A stretch of 64,000 bases of DNA from the human T2T-CHM13v2.0 reference genome, Homo sapiens. The stretch lies in the NCBI RefSeq assembly GCF_009914755.1, contig NC_060942.1. One strand, given 5' to 3'. The notes under the pieces were generated by a model. The model was not told the origin of the DNA. It did not search any database and worked only from the letters and a program-made list of their open reading frames with translations. Position numbers and translations under genes: made by a program. Below are positions 54,561 to 64,000 of the stretch, one piece after another. Every line of letters starts with the position of its first letter. The stretch's first letter is position 1.

Positions 54561-56411
54561 GCGAGTGCTGGCCTCTGGTCAGTCATGTTCCTCCCTTCCC
54601 TTACTCTAACAGTCACCTCTCAAAACCCAAATTTGTTCTGGAATCATTTGAAAAGAGCAGTTGAAATTATGGAAGCTTTTTGGGGCATGCAGTTATGCCA
54701 AGACAGAAAGACTGAGTTGTCACTGCCTGTCCTGGTATTAAAGATAGAATGACAGACTTCCTGTAAGTAAGAGGGCAAATGACGCATATCACTTTCACTA
54801 TGCTATGCTGCCAACGAAGATGGGTGCTTTCTCTTTTCTTAAAAAAAAAAGGCAAATATTTACTATCCTGGTTATTGTGAAAATATTTCACTTTCTGCTG
54901 TCCCAGTAGAGCTTTATTTGATTGCAAAGCCTTACATCCTCCACTCTAAGGAAGGAAATAATGAACAGATCTTTCTTTTCTTAATTATGTATGTAACTAA
55001 CTCTGTTAGAAGTGTGTTTCTTATAATGAGGCACCAATACCTATTTTGCCAAATATGCAGCCCCAAAATTCCACTGGGGGTAAGACTATTCTGAAGTGTG
55101 GACTATAAAATAAAAATGAAAAATCTATTTAATATATCTATACCAACAATCTAATATATGTACTATTTTTAAAGACCGTAAAATATGAGCACTCAAAACT
55201 GGTGTAAAATGGTTTAAAAAGTTTCAATGGCTTTGCTTTTTCCAGTGAGATTGAAAATTTGCTGCAGTATACACTGTGGGAAGATACAACATTTACAATG
55301 AGAGTGAGTGCAACCAGGGACCTTACATTTGTCAGTTTCTCCTATTTCTTTCCAGTCTGCTTTTAGATTCCTCAATAATGTTGCATGCTAACATAATTTC
55401 CCACTGCTTGGAAACAACACATACTCAGAAATCCCTCATTTTAATTAAAAGACTCTTACTGAACTAAGAGGTCTTGTCAGGACGATCTTTTTCACTTTAT
55501 GTCAACTGCCTGTTCTCACTACAGATTAATTACAGATAAAATGATTTGGGGGATTTGTGAGAGGGCTATTTTTCATCTTTGTTAATATTGTTCTTTCTTT
55601 TTTACTGTTTATAAACAGCAAATACACTGTCTATGAAAGAACATTAGGTACCATCCATTAGGTATGATCTATTATTGAGTATTTTTACAGAATTCCTACC
55701 ACTTGTGAGATTAAGATGACATTTTTCGGTAAGGTGATCATTCTTTATGCAAAGGAACACTATCAAGAAAATGAAAACCAAATGAGAGCAACAAGAGAAA
55801 GACTCTTCCTTTTGGATTAGTTACTTCAGACATACACAAACAAAACACATCCAGACAACCAAATAAGTATTAAAAACACCAATGGTGTTTTATCCAAATT
55901 AGATTAGAAGCCACTTAGGAAAGGTGTTATAGGAAAGTACAAATGAATCCAAGGAAGGTTGGTGAGTTTTCAGTGATAATGAAAGTTGATGTTGATCCTT
56001 GATCCCTGGAATATATGGTACCTCATGACCCTCACATATAAAGAAATGGCTCTACCCCATGGATGTTGTCAGTTATCAGAGGTCACTCTATGGAATGCCT
56101 GCCCTGACTGTCAGGGGTCCAGCCAGATTCTTACAATCCCCATGTAATGTGTAGAGAACGTCACTCTAAATGATGGGGCTAGTGAGAACAGAACATCTCT
56201 GCTGTCATCTCTGGAAACTGTCACTCTGGCAAGCCTTTTCTTATCTTTCCTGTATCACTCTGTATTTTCCCTTTCATGACTCATTCCTTCCAATTTTCTG
56301 TTTCATCTCTTTCCACTATGCCCTCTAGAGTCCAACTATGCCAAAAGCAGGAACAAAGAAAAAAAAATTCTCTTTAATTATGAAATTCCACACAAAATGC
56401 TGTATCTTGGC

Positions 56412-56828
56412 TGTATTAGTCTGTTTTTATATTGCTATAAAGAAATACATGAGACTGGGTAATTTATAAAGAGAAGAGGTTTAATTGGCTCACGCTTCCA
56501 CAGGCTGTAAAGGAAGCATGAAGCTGGCACCTGCTCGGCTTCTGAGGAGGTCTCAGGAAATTTTCAATCGTAGTGGAAGGTGAAGGGGAAGCAGGCACAT
56601 CTTCCATGGCTGGAGAAGGAGGAAGAAAGAGAGGGGAACGTTGTTACATACTTGTAAACAACGAGAACTTGCGAAAACTCTATCACAAGACCAGCACTAG
56701 GGGAATGGTGCTAAAGCATTGGAAACCACCCCCATGATCCAATCACTTCCCACCAGCCCCCACCTCCAGCATTGGGGATTACATTTCGACATGAGATTTG
56801 GGTGGGGACACAGATTCAAACCCTATCA
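56412..56828 (-). mobile_element. MSTA-like MaLR solo LTR
   Basis: tgtattagtc...ggtgctaaagcatt...cagattcaaaccctatca; perfect TSD ttggc (56407-56411, 56829-56833). Confidence 0.93.
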
Positions 56829-56989
56829 TTGGCCTTACCTTATTTCTGGGTTTTTCTCAAGTTAATAACTTCCCTTGAAACTATCCAGTAATGTCTTCTA
56901 ATTTTGAGTGAGAAGGTTGCAGGCGGTGATCTATATTCTAAGTCTTTATTTCAAGCTCAGATTATTCTTCCTTCACTTTAAGGGAAGAA

Positions 56990-57520
56990 AATAATTCAAA
57001 ATTAAAGACAAGACCTTCTTTGAGTTCCATAATTTCTGGCTCTGCTTCCATCTCATCTCTTTATTGTGATGATAAACTTCTGTGTCGACATTTACCCTAG
57101 ACTCTGGACTTTCCTTCTCTGACTCCTGGATCCTGGCTACATTTCGTCTTTGAATATTCCCACCTGCAGAGCCTGAGCTCCAGCCACACGGAACCACTTG
57201 CTTTCTCCAAATGTTCCACGCTTTCTTCAGCTTCCCTGCTTTTATGCCTCTTGCTCCTTCTTCTTTTGACTCTACGGGTCTCCTCCCCACTCACACCTTC
57301 TCTTGCTTAGTAACTTCTACTTTTCCCTCTTCTTCAAACCTTTCCTTGGAATGGTTGTCCCTCTTCTGCCAGAGTGTTCTTACTGCTTGTTGATGCTCTT
57401 CACTAAACTGTATTGCTCTTTGAGGGTATAGTCTGTGCTGTGTCTCTTTCTACCGAATGTCAGAGCTACCATACAGTAGAGGTAAAATGCCTGTTTGCTC
57501 AGAGAATGAATGAGTGAACA
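56990..57520 (+). mobile_element. LINE-2 3' fragment
   Basis: ctccagccacacggaaccacttgc...gctctttgagggtatag...gaatgaatgagtgaa. Confidence 0.6.
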
Positions 57521-58059
57521 AAGGAGGCCTTTGATAATTTAGGCAACTCATGATCCAGGTGTGGAAGGTGTGGAAGTTACTGCTCCCTCCCCAGCCATTA
57601 AACAGCAGTAGATGTCAATGACTCCCAAAATCTGCTTAATGAAGATTCACATGTTTTTCCTAACTCACTCAAATTTGTCTTTAATTTAACAGTTATTCCT
57701 CTTGACTTCTGGCTTGGCATTTAGGGTTCCTTTCAATTGTAAATCCAAACAAGTACAATAAGGCCACTAGGCAAAGAAAGAGGCAATTGTGCTAGTAATA
57801 ACATGCCCAAGACTACATCTCAGCTTGAGCTTTGGCAAACTAAGCCTTAGGCCATGGTTTGGTTGGTTTCTACTTCTCTGCTTCTGAACTTCCTTCTTCA
57901 AATCATTAATTTTATCGGAACTTTTTGGCACATGGATCAGAAGAAATAAGTCTCCAAAAGGACTGAGTGAAAAGGCCAAATGGTAATCCTATATCTTGGG
58001 ATTTCTTGTTATATTATATTGTATCCTGAATTTGGGTCATGGCTAAACAAATATTTTCA

Positions 58060-58287
58060 TACACAAACACACACACACACATACACACACACACTCACAC
58101 ACATGACTAATATATTCATTGATCGGTGTATAGATGCTAAATACATGTCTTGAAGTTGAGATCACAGAAATTCAGTTTCATGGAATTAGTTATGGCACTG
58201 ATTGATATTGGGACAGGAAAAAAGAAAATCTTCAGTATCACTTAGAAATATATATATATATCTCAAGGTTTTATATATGTATATATA

Positions 58288-58334
<47 letters not shown>

Positions 58335-58340
58335 ATCTAT
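58060..58340. repeat. (CA)n and (TA)n/(TG)n microsatellites
   Basis: CA tract 58060-58103; TA/TG tracts 58248-58332. Confidence 0.9.
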
Positions 58341-58916
58341 CTCAAGATTGTGAGCACAACTATTTAAATATCTTGTCTAATTTTTCTGTAATTTTCCTGA
58401 TGAACTTTTCAGTAAGATGGAACTTTAAATTGATGGGTCATACCTCCTTAGTGTTTTCTAGCTGTCTCAGAAAAATGTTTTGGTTTCATCTCTTGACCTT
58501 TGAGAGATTCCAAGAATAGCCATTATTTTTAATGCTGGATGACTAAGGGCAAATCCTAGTGGATATGAAACATCCTAGTTCTCATGAGCCTCTGAGATTT
58601 TTACATTCCTATGTTTATTCTAATCATTTTGCAAGTGATTTTAGTTTGTCTAATTTTGAGGATGACTTGAAAATCATAACTGGAATTTTTTATTATATTC
58701 TATTCTCTTTTTTTTTTATTTAAGTTTTACGGTACATGTGCACATTGTGCAGGTTAGTTACATATGTATACATGTGCCATGCTGGTGCACTGCACCCACT
58801 AACTCATCATCTAGCATTAGGTATATCTCCCAATGCTATCCCTCCCCCCTCCCCCCACCCCACAACAGTCCCCAGAGTGTGATATTCCCCTTCCTGCGTC
58901 CATGTGATCTCATTGT

Positions 58917-62742
<3,826 letters not shown>

Positions 62743-62805
62743 TATGATGTTAGCTGGTTATTTTGCTCGTTAGTTGATGCAGTTTCTTCCTAGTCTTGAT
62801 AATCT

Positions 62806-63822
62806 TTACATTTTGGCATGATTTTGCAGCGGCTGGTACCGGTTGTTCCTTTCCATGTTTAGTGCTTCCTTCAGGAGCTCTTTTAGGGCAGGCCTGGTGG
62901 TGACAAAATCTCTCAGCATTTGCTTGTCTGTAAAGTATTTTATTTCTCCTTCACTTATGAAGCTTAGTTTGGCTGGATATGAAATTCTGGGTTGAAAATT
63001 CTTTTCTTTAAGAATGTTGAATATTGGCCCCCACTCTCTTCTGGCTTGTAGGGTTTCTGCCGAGAGATCCGCTGTTAGTCTGATGGGCTTCCCTTTGAGG
63101 GTAACCCGACCTTTCTCTCTGGCTGCCCTTAACATTTTTTCCTTCATTTCAACTTTGGTGAATCGGACAATTATGTGTCTTGGAGTTGCTCTTCTCGAGG
63201 AGTATCTTTGTGGCGTTCTCTGTATTTCCTGAATCTGAACGTTGGCCTGCCTTGCTAGATTGGGGAAGTTCTCCTGGATAATATCCTGCAGAGTGTTTTC
63301 CAACTTGGTTCCATTCTCCCCATCACTTTCAGGTTCACCAATCAGACGTAGATTTGGTCTTTTCACATAGTCCCATATTTCTTGGAGGCTTTGCTCATTT
63401 CTTTTTATTCTTTTTTCTCTAAACTTCCCTTCTCACTTCATTTCATTCATTTCATCTTCCATTGCTGATACCCTTTCTTCCAGTTGATCGCATCGGCTCC
63501 TGAGGCTTCTGCATTCTTCACGTAGTTCTCGAGCCTTGGTTTTCAGCTCCATCAGCTCCTTTAAGCACTTCTCTGTATTGGTTATTCTAGTTATACATTC
63601 TTCTAAATTTTTTTCAAAGTTTTCAACTTCTTTGCCTTTGGTTTGAATGTCCTCCTGTAGCTCAGAGTAATTTGATCGTCTGAAGCCTTCTTCTCTCAGC
63701 TCGTCAAAGTCATTCTCCATCCAGCTTTTTTCCGTTGCTGGTGAGGAACTGTGTTCCTTTGGAGGAGGAGAGGCGCTCTGCTTTTTAGAGTTTCCAGTTT
63801 TTCTGTTCTTTTTTTTCCCCAT
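62806..63822 (-). pseudogene. L1 ORF1p, full 338-codon frame with a single nonsense codon
   Basis: MGKKKNRKTGNSK...QNHAKM; TGA at codon 130 (63433-63435); both pieces in the same frame. Confidence 0.95.
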
Positions 63823-64000
63823 CTTTGTGGTTTTATCTACTTTTGGTCTTTGATGATGGTGATGTACAGATGGGTTTTTGGTGTGGATGTCCTTTCTGTT
63901 TGTTAGTTTTCCTTCTAACAAACAGAAAGGACCCTCAGCTGCAGGTCTGTTTGAATACCCTGCCTGTTATTCACACTGACCTTTGTGAGGTGTCAGTGTG

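Noticed and set aside
52878-54752. Cluster of short ORFs suggesting a gene or CpG island
   Set aside because: Within an old L1 5' region, CpG-depleted, peptides unrecognisable

Overview
Primate (hominoid-like) genomic DNA, AT-rich and dominated by interspersed repeats, with no intact protein-coding gene I can support. It reads as intergenic or deep intronic. It holds a young L1PA2-like element running off the right edge with few inactivating lesions, a full-length older L1, many L1/L2/MIR fragments, at least ten Alu-family insertions, and MaLR (MLT1, THE1, MST), MLT2/ERVL, LTR8 and MER50 LTRs, several nested with recognisable target-site duplications (TSDs). The most unexpected element is a heavily decayed coding fossil at about 17.98-21.0 kb. 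It is colinear with the hAT-transposase-derived C-terminal region of ZMYM1, is split by MER50, AluSp and L1PA3-like insertions, and is absent from the ORF track. Other observations: an Alu-born 29-bp higher-order minisatellite, an Alu-tail (TTC)23 expansion, a 145-bp twin-primed L1, a probable two-LTR ancient MaLR, and several templated insertions or duplications. Subfamily names and the ZMYM1 comparison come from recalled consensus and protein sequences, not from a search.
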